Part shown: positions 1 through 9,577 of the stretch, one piece after another
Layout: every line of letters starts with the position of its first letter
Position numbering within the stretch: position 1 is the first letter of the stretch
Virus record (IMG/VR): IMGVR_UViG_3300005083_000031
Length of the DNA stretch: 64,000 nt
Source: an uncultured virus (IMG/VR IMGVR_UViG_3300005083_000031)
Lineage: Duplodnaviria; Heunggongvirae; Uroviricota; Caudoviricetes
Reading direction: 5' to 3' (one strand)
The notes under the pieces: model-generated
What the model was told of the DNA's origin: nothing
Database searches by the model: none
Seen by the model: only the letters and a program-made list of their open reading frames with translations
Made by a program: the position numbers and the translations under genes

Positions 1-96
1 GGGCAGGAGCCCCCTCCGGGGATGGAGCCCCCGCCGATGGAACCGGCCGTGCCGATGGAGGCGATGGATGCGGACGCCGTTCCAATGGTTCAATGA
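1..96 (+). CDS. 3' end of an upstream CDS (partial), Pro/Met-rich tail
   Basis: Frame 1 reads GQEPPPGMEPPPMEPAVPMEAMDADAVPMVQ-stop with GC3-rich codons. Confidence 0.5.
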   Translation, partial: GQEPPPGMEPPPMEPAVPMEAMDADAVPMVQ

Positions 97-292
97 CGAG
101 GTCAACTGGTGCGAGGGCACGCTCTCGAGCGGCGACCCGAAACCGACGAACCGCGTCTACGCCTTCTTCGAGAGGTGGTGGTTCTGGCCCCTCAGGAGTT
201 TCCACCCGTGGACGGACGTCCCGCCATGCGCGTGTTGCGCGGCGGTGCGGGGTCTGGTATACGGATTCATGCTGGGATGGATATTGACATGA
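68..292 (+). CDS. Small phage protein with CxCC and hydrophobic C-terminus
   Basis: GGAGG upstream; 74 aa; ATGA overlap with next gene. Confidence 0.6.
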   Translation: MRTPFQWFNDEVNWCEGTLSSGDPKPTNRVYAFFERWWFWPLRSFHPWTDVPPCACCAAVRGLVYGFMLGWILT

Positions 293-738
293 CACCACTA
301 TGGCTACCCACCACGGCGACCGTCGAGTCCGAGCGCTTCGGTCTCGCCCCCGGCTACGTCGCCCTGTTCTATGCCGTCGGCTTCGAGCCGTACAGGAACG
401 CCGCGCCCACGGACCAGGTCCGCATGGAGCAGAAGGCGTGCCTGCAGCGGATCATCACGAACTACGAGACGCCGCAGGCGGCGATATGCACGCCCTGTGC
501 GGTGTACCCGCCGCAGAACGAGGTCCCGGACTTCGAGTTCGTGATCGACATCGAGGGGGCGGGGTGCGACTGGAGCGTCTCCATGTGCCGGAACTTCGCC
601 ATCCTCGGCGTGCCGGGGTACTGGCAGTTCGTCCTCAACGACCCGGAGGCGGTCGGGGTCGCCAACATATACATGGACGTCGTGGAGACGGGGGCGATCC
701 CCGTCCAATTGGCGGCCTCGTTCTTCGGAGGTAACTGA
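289..738 (+). CDS. Hypothetical virion-associated protein (MTPLWLPTT...)
   Basis: ATG at 289 overlaps previous stop; natural composition; coupled to 740 gene. Confidence 0.7.
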   Translation: MTPLWLPTTATVESERFGLAPGYVALFYAVGFEPYRNAAPTDQVRMEQKACLQRIITNYETPQAAICTPCAVYPPQNEVPDFEFVIDIEGAGCDWSVSMCRNFAILGVPGYWQFVLNDPEAVGVANIYMDVVETGAIPVQLAASFFGGN

Positions 739-739
739 A

Positions 740-1705
740 ATGTCCTGCGGAACCATCGAATTCCTTGACGCCGCGAAGCTGAACCAGCCGCAGCTCACGC
801 AGCCCCAGTCCACCGGGGGCTCGTTCTCCGGGGGCACCTTCACCGGCATCACGGTGAACGGGTCGACGACCTACGACGCGGCCGCCGTGAACTCCATCGT
901 GCTGGCCCTGAACAGCCAGGCGTCGCCGATAACGCTGAACAACGCGATCCTCGCGGGTCCCGCGATAAACACGGCGGCCATCACGAACTCGACGCTGTCG
1001 AGCCCGACGATCAACGGGGCCATCACGCTGAACCAGGCCGCGGCCGACTCCATCGTCGCCGCCCTGCAGCAGACGACCATCGACGGGGTGACGCTCCACG
1101 ACGCCACGATACAGGGGTGCNNNNNNNNNNNNNNNNNNNNNNNNNNNNNNNNNNNNNNNNNNTTCACGGACGTGACGCTCGTCTCGGGCACCCTCGAGGC
1201 GTGCACCTTCACGAACTCGCTGGCCTTCGACAGTCTCGCCATCCAGTCGCTGCTGAACAATCTCTCGAACAGGACGCTGAACAGCGTCACGCTCCAGAGC
1301 CCCGTGCTGCAGAACGCGACCCTGGAGGGGACGCTGACCATCGCCGACGCGACGTTCACGCAGCTCCTCCAGCGGTTCGACGGGCGCACGATCAGCAATC
1401 TCCATCTCGACGCGCCCGTGCTCGCGAGCCCGCATCTCTCCGGGACCGTGCACTTCGACGATGCCACGTCCCTCGAGAGCCTGCAGACGCAGGTGTTCGA
1501 GAACGTCCCGGCGTCCGTCATCAACTCCTTCACGGCCTCGGTCGACAACACGCCGCCCACGACGGTGCTGGCGACGCCGCCGACGTCCGTGGACTCCAGC
1601 CTGCCCACGACCATTCTCGGGCAGAACCGGAACTACGTCCTCGGCGCCCCGGCCGCGTGGCTGAAGCGCGGGGCGTACGTCATACCACTCTATTCACCCA
1701 ACTGA
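740..1705 (+). CDS. Putative structural protein with Thr/Ser/Asn-rich beta-repeat character (contains N gap)
   Basis: GGAGG RBS; repeated 'TLxSPxLxxxTL' segments. Confidence 0.65.
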   Translation: MSCGTIEFLDAAKLNQPQLTQPQSTGGSFSGGTFTGITVNGSTTYDAAAVNSIVLALNSQASPITLNNAILAGPAINTAAITNSTLSSPTINGAITLNQAAADSIVAALQQTTIDGVTLHDATIQGCXXXXXXXXXXXXXXFTDVTLVSGTLEACTFTNSLAFDSLAIQSLLNNLSNRTLNSVTLQSPVLQNATLEGTLTIADATFTQLLQRFDGRTISNLHLDAPVLASPHLSGTVHFDDATSLESLQTQVFENVPASVINSFTASVDNTPPTTVLATPPTSVDSSLPTTILGQNRNYVLGAPAAWLKRGAYVIPLYSPN

Positions 1706-1715
1706 GGAGCACGTC

Positions 1716-1967
1716 ATGGCAAGGAAGGTGAGCAATGCAGGATCCGGCGATCTTGAACGGGAAGCTCAGGGGTCCGCAGCGGTCGAGGGATCTCCCTCCG
1801 GGGACCAAGCGGTATCCGGGTCTGCAGTCGCAGGATCGGATAATCAAGGGCAGGGAGCCGTTCCCTCTGGAGCGCAGCAAGCCCCGGGCGCCCCGTCCAC
1901 CGGACCGGTTAGGGTAGTCCACGGGTGGGCCAACGGCCGCCCTACGATGGTCGCAAAACGGTACTGA
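1716..1967 (+). CDS. Hypothetical low-complexity protein
   Basis: GAGGAG RBS at 1704. Confidence 0.5.
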   Translation: MARKVSNAGSGDLEREAQGSAAVEGSPSGDQAVSGSAVAGSDNQGQGAVPSGAQQAPGAPSTGPVRVVHGWANGRPTMVAKRY

Positions 1968-1977
1968 GGTGGTTTCA

Positions 1978-2229
1978 ATGGGCATCAGGATAGTGGCTTG
2001 CGGGATGTGCGGCGGAGGCGACTCCGGGCCCGATTCCGTCGAGGAGGCCCTGACCAGGCCCGTCCACGGGAAGACCGTGTGGGGCGAGCCGGCCACCCGG
2101 GAGGCCTTCTTCAAGATGAAGGCCCACGAGATATGGCACAGGCGGCAGTCCGAGGACGCGAGGAAGAGGCGCGAGTTCACGGGCTACGCCGAGATCATGG
2201 ACATGCGATACAAGGGAGGCTCGAAATGA
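1978..2229 (+). CDS. Hypothetical protein (CxxC)
   Basis: GAGGT RBS; ATGA-coupled to next gene. Confidence 0.55.
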   Translation: MGIRIVACGMCGGGDSGPDSVEEALTRPVHGKTVWGEPATREAFFKMKAHEIWHRRQSEDARKRREFTGYAEIMDMRYKGGSK

Positions 2230-2432
2230 GCTGCAGAAGCTGCCAGAACAACGAGGCGAACAGGATGAAGCCGCAGGTCACGGTGAATCGCGGCGCCACG
2301 GCCCAGACCATCAACTTCGCGAAGCCCTCCCGCACGGAGGGGATCGGCGTCGTCCGCCGGGAGCCGCCGCAGGCGGTGCGCCCGAGGGAGCTGATATTCG
2401 GGATGAGGGCCAATGGCCAGTCCCAGAACTGA
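2226..2432 (+). CDS. Hypothetical protein (MSCRSCQ...)
   Basis: GGAGG RBS, ATGA overlap. Confidence 0.55.
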   Translation: MSCRSCQNNEANRMKPQVTVNRGATAQTINFAKPSRTEGIGVVRREPPQAVRPRELIFGMRANGQSQN

Positions 2433-2664
2433 CGACGAGAGGTTCCTCTTCGAGTGGTTCGGGAAGAATCCCGAGCTGCTGAGGAGCGTCCTCGAATGGT
2501 TCGACCGCCGCGTCGACGACGCCGGGAGGCGTCTCGACCTGGCGGCGAGGGCCGCCCTGCTGGACGGGGAGAAGCGTCCGGAGGCCATCCTGCTGTACGG
2601 CGAGGTGGAGGCCCTGAGGAGACTGTCGGCCGAGTTCCGGTCGATGCAACGGAAAGGAGCATGA
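2413..2664 (+). CDS. Small head-module protein of the type usually found just before the scaffold gene
   Basis: 83 aa helical; position; 'LYGEVEALRRL' end. Confidence 0.6.
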   Translation: MASPRTDDERFLFEWFGKNPELLRSVLEWFDRRVDDAGRRLDLAARAALLDGEKRPEAILLYGEVEALRRLSAEFRSMQRKGA

Positions 2665-2666
2665 CG

Positions 2667-3587
2667 ATGGACCCGAACGCATACTGGTCCCAGAGGCCCG
2701 TGCCGCCGACGGCGGCGAACTACCCCAACGCGCAGGGCGTGCCCCGGAACCGGGTGCAGCTCGCGACGCCGGACGGGCAGGTGGTGGAGCCGGAACCCTC
2801 GACGTACCAGGATCCGGCCCCGCAGTACGCGCCGACCCCGGCCCCGGCGCCCCAGCAGGGGTACAACCCCTACGACCAGCTCAACGCCTACAACCAGCAG
2901 TCCCAGGCCGAGATGGCCCGCCTCGCGGCGGAGAGGGACGCGCTGGCCCGCCGGGCGGCGGAGGCGGAGGATCTGGCGAGGAGTCTCTACCAGCAGAATT
3001 CCGAGGCGAGACGGACCGCGTCCGTCGACGAGATCGTCGAGAGCCTCGGCGAGCTTGACACGCTCGGGACGGACGACGCCAAACGTCTGCTCGAGCCCGT
3101 GCTCAAGACGCAGCAGGAGCGCGAGGCGGCGTTGGCGGCCGAACTCGCGAGGCAGCGGCAGGAGCTGGCGCAGACGCAGCAGCGCATGCACAGCGAGCTT
3201 CTGAACGCGGAGATCAGGAAGTACCATCCGGACTTCCTGAGGTACGATTCCGACCCGGCGTTCCAGGCGTTCATGCGCCAGCGGGACGGCCTGTCGTCGG
3301 AGACCCGCGACCAGCGGGCGGCTAGGGAATACGCGGCGGGGAACGCCCAGTACGTCATCGGCGTGCTGAACGAGTTCAAGCGGACTCGCCCCGACGCGAA
3401 CCAGTTAACGTCTGTGAATCCCGCGATGGGGGGTTCCGTGCCGGGAGGCCAGCGTCCGAATCCGGGCGCCGGAGGGCAGCTCGACACCCGCGAGCTGATC
3501 TGGCAGGTCCAGAACGGCACGTTGACCCCCGATCAGTACCGCAAGATCGTGCAGGACTGGCGGGCGCAGCAGCAGAAAGCATCCTAG
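2667..3587 (+). CDS. Capsid scaffolding protein (putative)
   Basis: AAGGAG RBS; Pro/Gln-rich disordered N-term, coiled coil, short C-terminal helix; directly upstream of capsid gene. Confidence 0.7.
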   Translation: MDPNAYWSQRPVPPTAANYPNAQGVPRNRVQLATPDGQVVEPEPSTYQDPAPQYAPTPAPAPQQGYNPYDQLNAYNQQSQAEMARLAAERDALARRAAEAEDLARSLYQQNSEARRTASVDEIVESLGELDTLGTDDAKRLLEPVLKTQQEREAALAAELARQRQELAQTQQRMHSELLNAEIRKYHPDFLRYDSDPAFQAFMRQRDGLSSETRDQRAAREYAAGNAQYVIGVLNEFKRTRPDANQLTSVNPAMGGSVPGGQRPNPGAGGQLDTRELIWQVQNGTLTPDQYRKIVQDWRAQQQKAS

Positions 3588-3599
3588 GAGTAGAAGCAG

Positions 3600-4534
3600 A
3601 TGTTCTACCAATCCGCTTCCGGGTATCCGGGGCTTGAAGCGTCGCCGCTTGCGCGGTTCGTCAACAGCGACGTCATCCTGTCCCGGATCTACGAGGACGA
3701 CTGGCTCCCCCGGATCACCAGCAGCGAGCTGATCGAGCCCATCACGCGGTGCGCCCAGGTCATCCAGCTCATGCGGGCCCCCGAGGTCGGTCCCATGATG
3801 TCCTACCAGGTGAACCAGGAGCTGACCCCCAGCACGGTCAGCACCGACGCCATATGCCTCAGCATATGCAACGCCGGGTACCTCGACATCAAGTTCGACC
3901 GCACGCACATCTACTACGCCTGCGACCGGTGGGGACCCTTCGAGGAGAAGCTCCTCGAGGCCATCTACCAGTCCTACGTGGACTCCCAGCGGACGTACGT
4001 GCTGAACCGCATGATCATGCAGGTCTCCGAGCTGACCAGCGGCNNNNNNNNNNNNNNNNNNNNNNNNNNNNNNNNNNNNNNNNNNNNNNNNNNNNNNNNN
4101 NNNNNNNNNNNNNNNNNNNNNNNNNNNNNNACCGCTGGGTCGAGGGCGAGATGTTCATCATCGTGCCCCCGGCGCTGAACACCTACCTCGCCCAGAGCAA
4201 CTACGCCAACGCCTCGTGGCTCGGCGACGGCTGCTCCGACGGCGGCTGCTCCATGATCGTGAAGGGCATGTGGTCGAAGCCCCTGTTCGGGTTCCGCCCC
4301 ATCGAGACCAACCACACCGTCGCGGTGCAGGACCAGGGTCTCATCTGCTACTACATGATCGCCGGGCACAAGAGCGCCTTCGCCTACGCCTCGAACATCA
4401 TCGAGGCCCGGCTGATCACGCCCGACCGCTTCTTCGGCGTGGAGTACCAGCTTCTCGTCGCGTGGGGCGGCGAGACCATCTACGACACCGCGCTGTGCGT
4501 GTCGTACTGGACCTTCGACCCGATCACCTTCTAA
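3600..4534 (+). CDS. Major capsid protein (HK97 fold), interrupted by assembly gap 4044-4130
   Basis: Two ORF halves flank the N gap; C-terminal 'MIAGHKSAFAYASNI..FFG..L.AWG' resembles podoviral capsid proteins; follows scaffold. Confidence 0.8.
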
Positions 4535-4550
4535 TCGGCGGGAGACCGAA

Positions 4551-5249
4551 ATGGCAAACGTCAATCTGTTCTCCGGCGGGACCGCGGTCTTCAAGCCGCT
4601 GTTCTGCAACGACGACGTCCGGGAGTGGACGCCGCCGGTGAACGGGGTGGAGGTGGACTACACCCCTCCCTACAACAGCCACATGGCGGGGCACTTCGCC
4701 CAGGGCTTCTACACCTTCGGCTTCCCCGTCGTGCCCAACCTCAACAACTACGCCGGGCACCACTGGATGCAGACGGCCCTCAAGAAGGTGTCGGCGGTCA
4801 ACGACCGCATCCGCCTCTTCTGGGTGCCCATGCGCTCCTACGTGACCCACATGCACTTCGAGGTGACGAGGATCGACACGACCCTCTCCACCGTGCAGGT
4901 GCAGGTGTCGGCGGAGCGCTGCACGTGGGACGCGGAGGCCGAGGACTGGGTGTGGGCGGCCAACGCCGCCTTCGACACCGACGTGGCGTCCCTCGGGACC
5001 TTCGGCCTCGGGGCGACCCAGACCGTGATGTCCAAGATGACGGCGCTGCCCTCCAGCTTCACGACCGGGGTGCCCAGCACCTTCGGCCTGAACATCGACC
5101 AGGGCGACGGCTCGTACGGCGTCGTGGTGGTGGGGCTGAAGATCACGGCCGGTTCCTCGGCGCAGCTCAAGGCCCTGTGGAAGGGGGACTTCTGCGCGTA
5201 TCTCTCCGCGAAGGTGGAAGCCTTCGGATGCCCGGTCCAGGCCGGATAA
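4551..5249 (+). CDS. Putative capsid decoration/minor head protein
   Basis: GGGAG RBS; beta-rich 232 aa directly after capsid gene. Confidence 0.55.
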   Translation: MANVNLFSGGTAVFKPLFCNDDVREWTPPVNGVEVDYTPPYNSHMAGHFAQGFYTFGFPVVPNLNNYAGHHWMQTALKKVSAVNDRIRLFWVPMRSYVTHMHFEVTRIDTTLSTVQVQVSAERCTWDAEAEDWVWAANAAFDTDVASLGTFGLGATQTVMSKMTALPSSFTTGVPSTFGLNIDQGDGSYGVVVVGLKITAGSSAQLKALWKGDFCAYLSAKVEAFGCPVQAG

Positions 5250-5260
5250 GGAGTCACGTC

Positions 5261-5503
5261 ATGGCGTTCACCAAGGACACGGGGCCCTTCGGGCTCTCCA
5301 AGAGGCGCGGACCGTCCGGCGGCGGCAAGGTCGATCTCGAGACCGGCCCCCGGATGAAGGGGACCCACAAGCAGGGCGAGAAGCCCTTCCCGGGTCTCCA
5401 GCGGGCGTCCACGAAGGCCACCCACTCCAGCCCCGTCGGCAACGGCCCGTCCGGCGCCAAGGGGAAGATCATGGGGATGCGGTGGTCCTCCAAGGGCAAG
5501 TAA
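5261..5503 (+). CDS. Small basic Gly/Lys-rich protein
   Basis: AAGGAG RBS; MAFTKDTGPFG... Confidence 0.6.
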   Translation: MAFTKDTGPFGLSKRRGPSGGGKVDLETGPRMKGTHKQGEKPFPGLQRASTKATHSSPVGNGPSGAKGKIMGMRWSSKGK

Positions 5504-5528
5504 TCTGTAACGGCAAGGAGCAACGACC

Positions 5529-6029
5529 ATGCCGCTTCCCGACATGCTGCAGCAGCAGCCGCCCACGGGCAGGGACGTGTTCCAGTACGCCCGCGGGGCG
5601 GAACGCGTGGAATACCTTCGGAGCCTGGGGGCTCGCAACGTCGAGCCCCCGCTTCCGAAGACGAACTACCTCAGGCAGGTCGTCCGGGACAGGGACGGCA
5701 ACTTCCGGGGGTACGGCAAGATCGTGGCGTGGACGCCCGGTCTCGCCGCCCAGACGGACATAGCCGTGAACTGCGACGACGACGGCAATCCCATCACGAG
5801 GGAGGAGGCGGGCCAGATCGAGGCCCGGCAGTCCCGGGTCCCGGTGCAGGACCGTCAGCTTCCCCCCGACGACCCCGACATGGTGCTCATGGACGCCCTC
5901 GACGACCTCGCCGAGCCCATGGACGCCATACGCAAGGCCGCCCGGGCCTATGAGATGAACACCACGATGCACGTCACGCCCGACGGCGTGGTGCCTCTCG
6001 GGATGTTCCATGCGGGGGTCCTCCGGTGA
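5529..6029 (+). CDS. Hypothetical protein
   Basis: AAGGAG RBS; 166 aa. Confidence 0.65.
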   Translation: MPLPDMLQQQPPTGRDVFQYARGAERVEYLRSLGARNVEPPLPKTNYLRQVVRDRDGNFRGYGKIVAWTPGLAAQTDIAVNCDDDGNPITREEAGQIEARQSRVPVQDRQLPPDDPDMVLMDALDDLAEPMDAIRKAARAYEMNTTMHVTPDGVVPLGMFHAGVLR

Positions 6030-6769
6030 ACGCATCCGTGATAGTGCAGGACATATCCCGGGACCTCAACGACGTCGGCTACATCCGGTGGCCCGCGGAG
6101 CAGCTCCTCTCGTACCTCCGCGAGGCGTACGTCATGATCGACCTCCAGATGCGGCACCTCGTGGTGGACGACCTGACGGAGCTTCCGATGTACTTCACGG
6201 AGCAGCGGGTGGTCGCCCTCCGCCCGGGGACGGCGTACCAGCAGCTCGACGAGTGCCAGAGGCTGCTGCGCATCCTCTGCGAGTGCGACTGCTCGGGCAG
6301 GCCCCTGTGCCCCATCCGGCGGATGTACGAGGACGAGCGGGAGAACGCGTCGCTGTGGAACGAGTGCTACGGGGGCGAGGGGACCACGGCGGCGGACTAC
6401 GCCATCGACTGGTACGCCATATCGTCGACGATGCGATGCGCCTTCCGCATCCACCCCCCGGTCCCCGAGGGCGTGGAGAAGTGGGTGCTGGCGGAGGTGC
6501 AGACGCCCCCGGCGTCCATCGACACGGTGTCGGACATGCTCGACGAGTACGTCCCCATCGTGAAGCAGTGGATGCTGCACAGGGCGCTGATGCTGGACTG
6601 CGAGAGCAACCAGCTCCTCCCCCAGGTGGCGAAGGTCCATCTCGACACGTTCACGACGCTGCTCAAGCTGCAGTTGTCGGCATACGCGGCCAAGAGGCCG
6701 AGGCAGTACCCCGATGCGGATGTCCTATTCCCCCAGCAGGCAAGTCCCCGCCAGCAGCCTCAGGAATGA
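6026..6769 (+). CDS. Head-tail adaptor-like protein
   Basis: N-terminal 'IRWPAEQLLSYLREA' motif typical of podoviral adaptors; GTGA overlap. Confidence 0.65.
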   Translation: MNASVIVQDISRDLNDVGYIRWPAEQLLSYLREAYVMIDLQMRHLVVDDLTELPMYFTEQRVVALRPGTAYQQLDECQRLLRILCECDCSGRPLCPIRRMYEDERENASLWNECYGGEGTTAADYAIDWYAISSTMRCAFRIHPPVPEGVEKWVLAEVQTPPASIDTVSDMLDEYVPIVKQWMLHRALMLDCESNQLLPQVAKVHLDTFTTLLKLQLSAYAAKRPRQYPDADVLFPQQASPRQQPQE

Positions 6770-7517
6770 CCTGAGGTTCGAGTTCCCGGACGCCGCCCCC
6801 GAGATGCTGGACGCCTTCGTCGCCCAGTCCGCGGTGCAGCTCTGCAGCAAGTGGCCCGTCCTCCGGCGCCGCATCGTCGTGCCCACGGAGCACGGCATGG
6901 CCAACTGCGCCCTCGACGACGCCGACGACGGCACGCGCCTCCAGGACGTGCTGTTCGTGGACCGCATCGACGGGAGCTGGGGCTGCGCGGGAGGCCCCGT
7001 CAACGACAGGGCCATCGTGGGCACGCCCACGTGGAGGCGCAGGAAGGAGTGGGGGAGCGACTACCCGGTCCTGCGCGTCACGCCCCCCTTCAAGCAGGAC
7101 GGCTTCACGCGGTGCTGGTGGGACTCCACCCTCCGGGAGCTTCACATCGGCTCCCCGCATCCTGACGCCAGCTACGCCGTGACGGTCTCCATCACGCCCC
7201 GGCGCGGCGTCCTCGGCTTCCCCGAGGACCTCTACGAGCGGTGGTACGACTGCATCCTGCTTCTCGCCAAGGCCCGGACGGTCATGGTGGCGGGGCAGCA
7301 GTACACCAATCCCGCCGTCGCCCCCGCGTACCTGAAGGAGGTCGAGGAGACGGTGGAGCTGATGGAGAGGGATTTCAGGGACGAGCTTCTCTTCCGCGAG
7401 CAGCGGCAGAAGGACATGATGGACAGTTTCTTCGGGCAGCGGCAGCCCGTCGCGCCCGGAACGGAGAATCCGGATGCAGGTGCAGTTCGACCCGTACAGG
7501 CGGGTCCCGGCCAGTGA
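6714..7517 (+). CDS. Tail/adaptor-associated protein, paralog A
   Basis: Shares 'R.VPAS.[LI]R..LR.EF' N-terminus with next gene. Confidence 0.65.
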   Translation: MRMSYSPSRQVPASSLRNDLRFEFPDAAPEMLDAFVAQSAVQLCSKWPVLRRRIVVPTEHGMANCALDDADDGTRLQDVLFVDRIDGSWGCAGGPVNDRAIVGTPTWRRRKEWGSDYPVLRVTPPFKQDGFTRCWWDSTLRELHIGSPHPDASYAVTVSITPRRGVLGFPEDLYERWYDCILLLAKARTVMVAGQQYTNPAVAPAYLKEVEETVELMERDFRDELLFREQRQKDMMDSFFGQRQPVAPGTENPDAGAVRPVQAGPGQ

Positions 7518-8085
7518 GATCAGGGAGCTTCTCCGCGCCGAGTTCCAGAGCGCGGAGGAGGGGCTCGTCGACATGCTCGTCGTGCAGACGGCGGTGGACA
7601 TGTGCCGCAGGCGCAGGCTCGTCCGGCGCAAGGCCGTCATCGACGTCGAGCATGGCGTGGACCGGCATCTCCTCGAGTCCCCGGACGGCCAGCGGGTGTG
7701 CTCCGTCATGGGCATCCGGCATCTCGACCCCGTGCTCGGGGACGGGAGGCTCATGCCCGGGCAGTACGGCGGCTACGACCCGCAGACCCGCGAGCTGCTC
7801 CTCGACTGCCCCTACCCCTCCGGGAGGTACGAGGTGGAGGTGGCCGTGGAGCCCGCGCTGGACGCCACGGAGATCCCCGCGGAACTTGTCGAGGACTGTC
7901 TCGAGGGGCTGCTGGCGGGCGTGCGGATGCGCCTGCTCATGATGCCCCGGCAGAAATGGACGGACCTCCAGGCGGCCGCCGTCTGGAAGGGCGAGTACGA
8001 GACGCACCTGAACCGGGCGGGCCTGAACTCCCTGCGAGGGAAGCAGTCCGGCGTCATCAGGGCGAGATTCCTGAGGAGCGTGTGA
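7474..8085 (+). CDS. Tail/adaptor-associated protein, paralog B
   Basis: Paralog of 6714-7517; GGAG upstream. Confidence 0.65.
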   Translation: MQVQFDPYRRVPASEIRELLRAEFQSAEEGLVDMLVVQTAVDMCRRRRLVRRKAVIDVEHGVDRHLLESPDGQRVCSVMGIRHLDPVLGDGRLMPGQYGGYDPQTRELLLDCPYPSGRYEVEVAVEPALDATEIPAELVEDCLEGLLAGVRMRLLMMPRQKWTDLQAAAVWKGEYETHLNRAGLNSLRGKQSGVIRARFLRSV

Positions 8086-8086
8086 C

Positions 8087-9574
8087 ATGCCAGGATACAG
8101 GGCCCCGCTGCCTTGCGACGCGATGCCGCTGGAGAGCGCCGCGCCGCCGCTGACCGTGCCGACCAGGACCTGCGACGCCTTCTCGGCGTGCCTCGGCCTC
8201 GGCCGCACCATCGAGTACGACGGCGAGTGCCTCTCGCTGCATACGGGGGAGACCCCCGCGGACGGCCTGTACGATCAGGTCTCCGTGCAGGGGGGCTGCA
8301 TCGTCGGCGTGTCCCACTCCCCGGCCCCCGAGCCGTACCCCTCCGGGACGGCCTTCGAGGTGTGCCTGGGGCTGGGGCGGACGCTCGCGTACGACGGGCA
8401 GGTGCTGTCCCTCCAGTCGCAGACGCCGCCCCCCGACGGGACGTACACGCAGTTCACGATAGTGAACGGCTGCATCACGGAGGTGGGGCAGGCCCCCCTT
8501 CCCGTCTACACGCCCCCGGCGTGCACGCCCAACCCCATACCCTGCGCCGGGGGGAGCGGGGGCGCCGCCGCCACCCCGGAGCCGTCGCCGCTGGCCGGGA
8601 ACCTGTTCACCTATGACGCCTCGCAGAGGCCGCTGGTGCAGTTCAACGCGGTGGAGGGGACGGGCATAGACCTGCAGGGCGACGGCACGGCGAGCAACCC
8701 GATGCGGATCACCTGCACGGTGAGCCCCACGGCGAACGCCTACACCGCCTCCGGGACGCCGGACAAGATCGGCGTCACGGGGTCCGGCACCCAGACGCAG
8801 CCGTATCTCATCAGCCATCTGACCGCCGGGACCGCAGGCACCTACGGCGGCCTCACCGTGGACGCCTACGGGCACGTCACGAGCTACAATGTCCCCTCCG
8901 GCCCCGCCATCTCCAACATCCTCGATTCCGCCGACATCACGGTGACGAGGGTCAACGGCACGGCGCAGCTCTATCTTTCCTCCGCCATCGCCGACGGGTG
9001 GCGCGTCATCGGGGGGATGAACGTCCAGACCACCAAGGGCCGCATCGTGGCGATGACGCAGATCGTGAACGCGCCATCGGGCACGTACCAGTTCGGCGAC
9101 TACCAGGCGACGTTCAACACGCAGGGGCTGATGACGGATCTCGTCTACGCCCAGCAGGTCGCCATCACCCCCCAGACGGTGCGTCTCGGCGACTACGACG
9201 TGACGTACACCGCCAACGGCCTGACCTCCGCCGTGACGTACGTGCCCCCCTCCCCGACGCCGGACACGCCCCCGCAGCAGGGGACGTCCAAGCTCTTCTC
9301 GGCGGGGACCGCCTCGTGCACATGCAATTTCGCGCTTTCCGTCGCCGCCCCTGTGCGCATCTCGGCGAAGTCGGAGAGCTGGCCCTCGCCCATCCAGCTC
9401 ACGGTGAACAGCATCGTCTACGCCTTCGATCTGACCCTGGACAACAGTCTCGAGCTTCTGATACCGGCCGCGTTCCCCGCCAGCACGCAGCATTCGGTGA
9501 CGCTTTCCACGACCGATTCGGCGGGCTTCCCTTCCAAGGTCATCATCGACGTCGTTCCGATTTTCGCGGGATAG
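8087..9574 (+). CDS. Tail fibre/spike-like structural protein with duplicated N-terminal module
   Basis: Repeat 'CLGLGRT..YDG..LSL...DG.Y.Q....GCI' twice; 'GTYGGLTVDAYGHVT' fibre motif. Confidence 0.65.
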   Translation: MPGYRAPLPCDAMPLESAAPPLTVPTRTCDAFSACLGLGRTIEYDGECLSLHTGETPADGLYDQVSVQGGCIVGVSHSPAPEPYPSGTAFEVCLGLGRTLAYDGQVLSLQSQTPPPDGTYTQFTIVNGCITEVGQAPLPVYTPPACTPNPIPCAGGSGGAAATPEPSPLAGNLFTYDASQRPLVQFNAVEGTGIDLQGDGTASNPMRITCTVSPTANAYTASGTPDKIGVTGSGTQTQPYLISHLTAGTAGTYGGLTVDAYGHVTSYNVPSGPAISNILDSADITVTRVNGTAQLYLSSAIADGWRVIGGMNVQTTKGRIVAMTQIVNAPSGTYQFGDYQATFNTQGLMTDLVYAQQVAITPQTVRLGDYDVTYTANGLTSAVTYVPPSPTPDTPPQQGTSKLFSAGTASCTCNFALSVAAPVRISAKSESWPSPIQLTVNSIVYAFDLTLDNSLELLIPAAFPASTQHSVTLSTTDSAGFPSKVIIDVVPIFAG

Positions 9575-9577
9575 CCC

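Noticed and set aside
3600..4534. Apparent frameshift in capsid gene (and in the fibre gene near 63613-63694)
   Set aside because: The frame change coincides with N gaps of estimated length; an assembly artefact, not programmed frameshifting.
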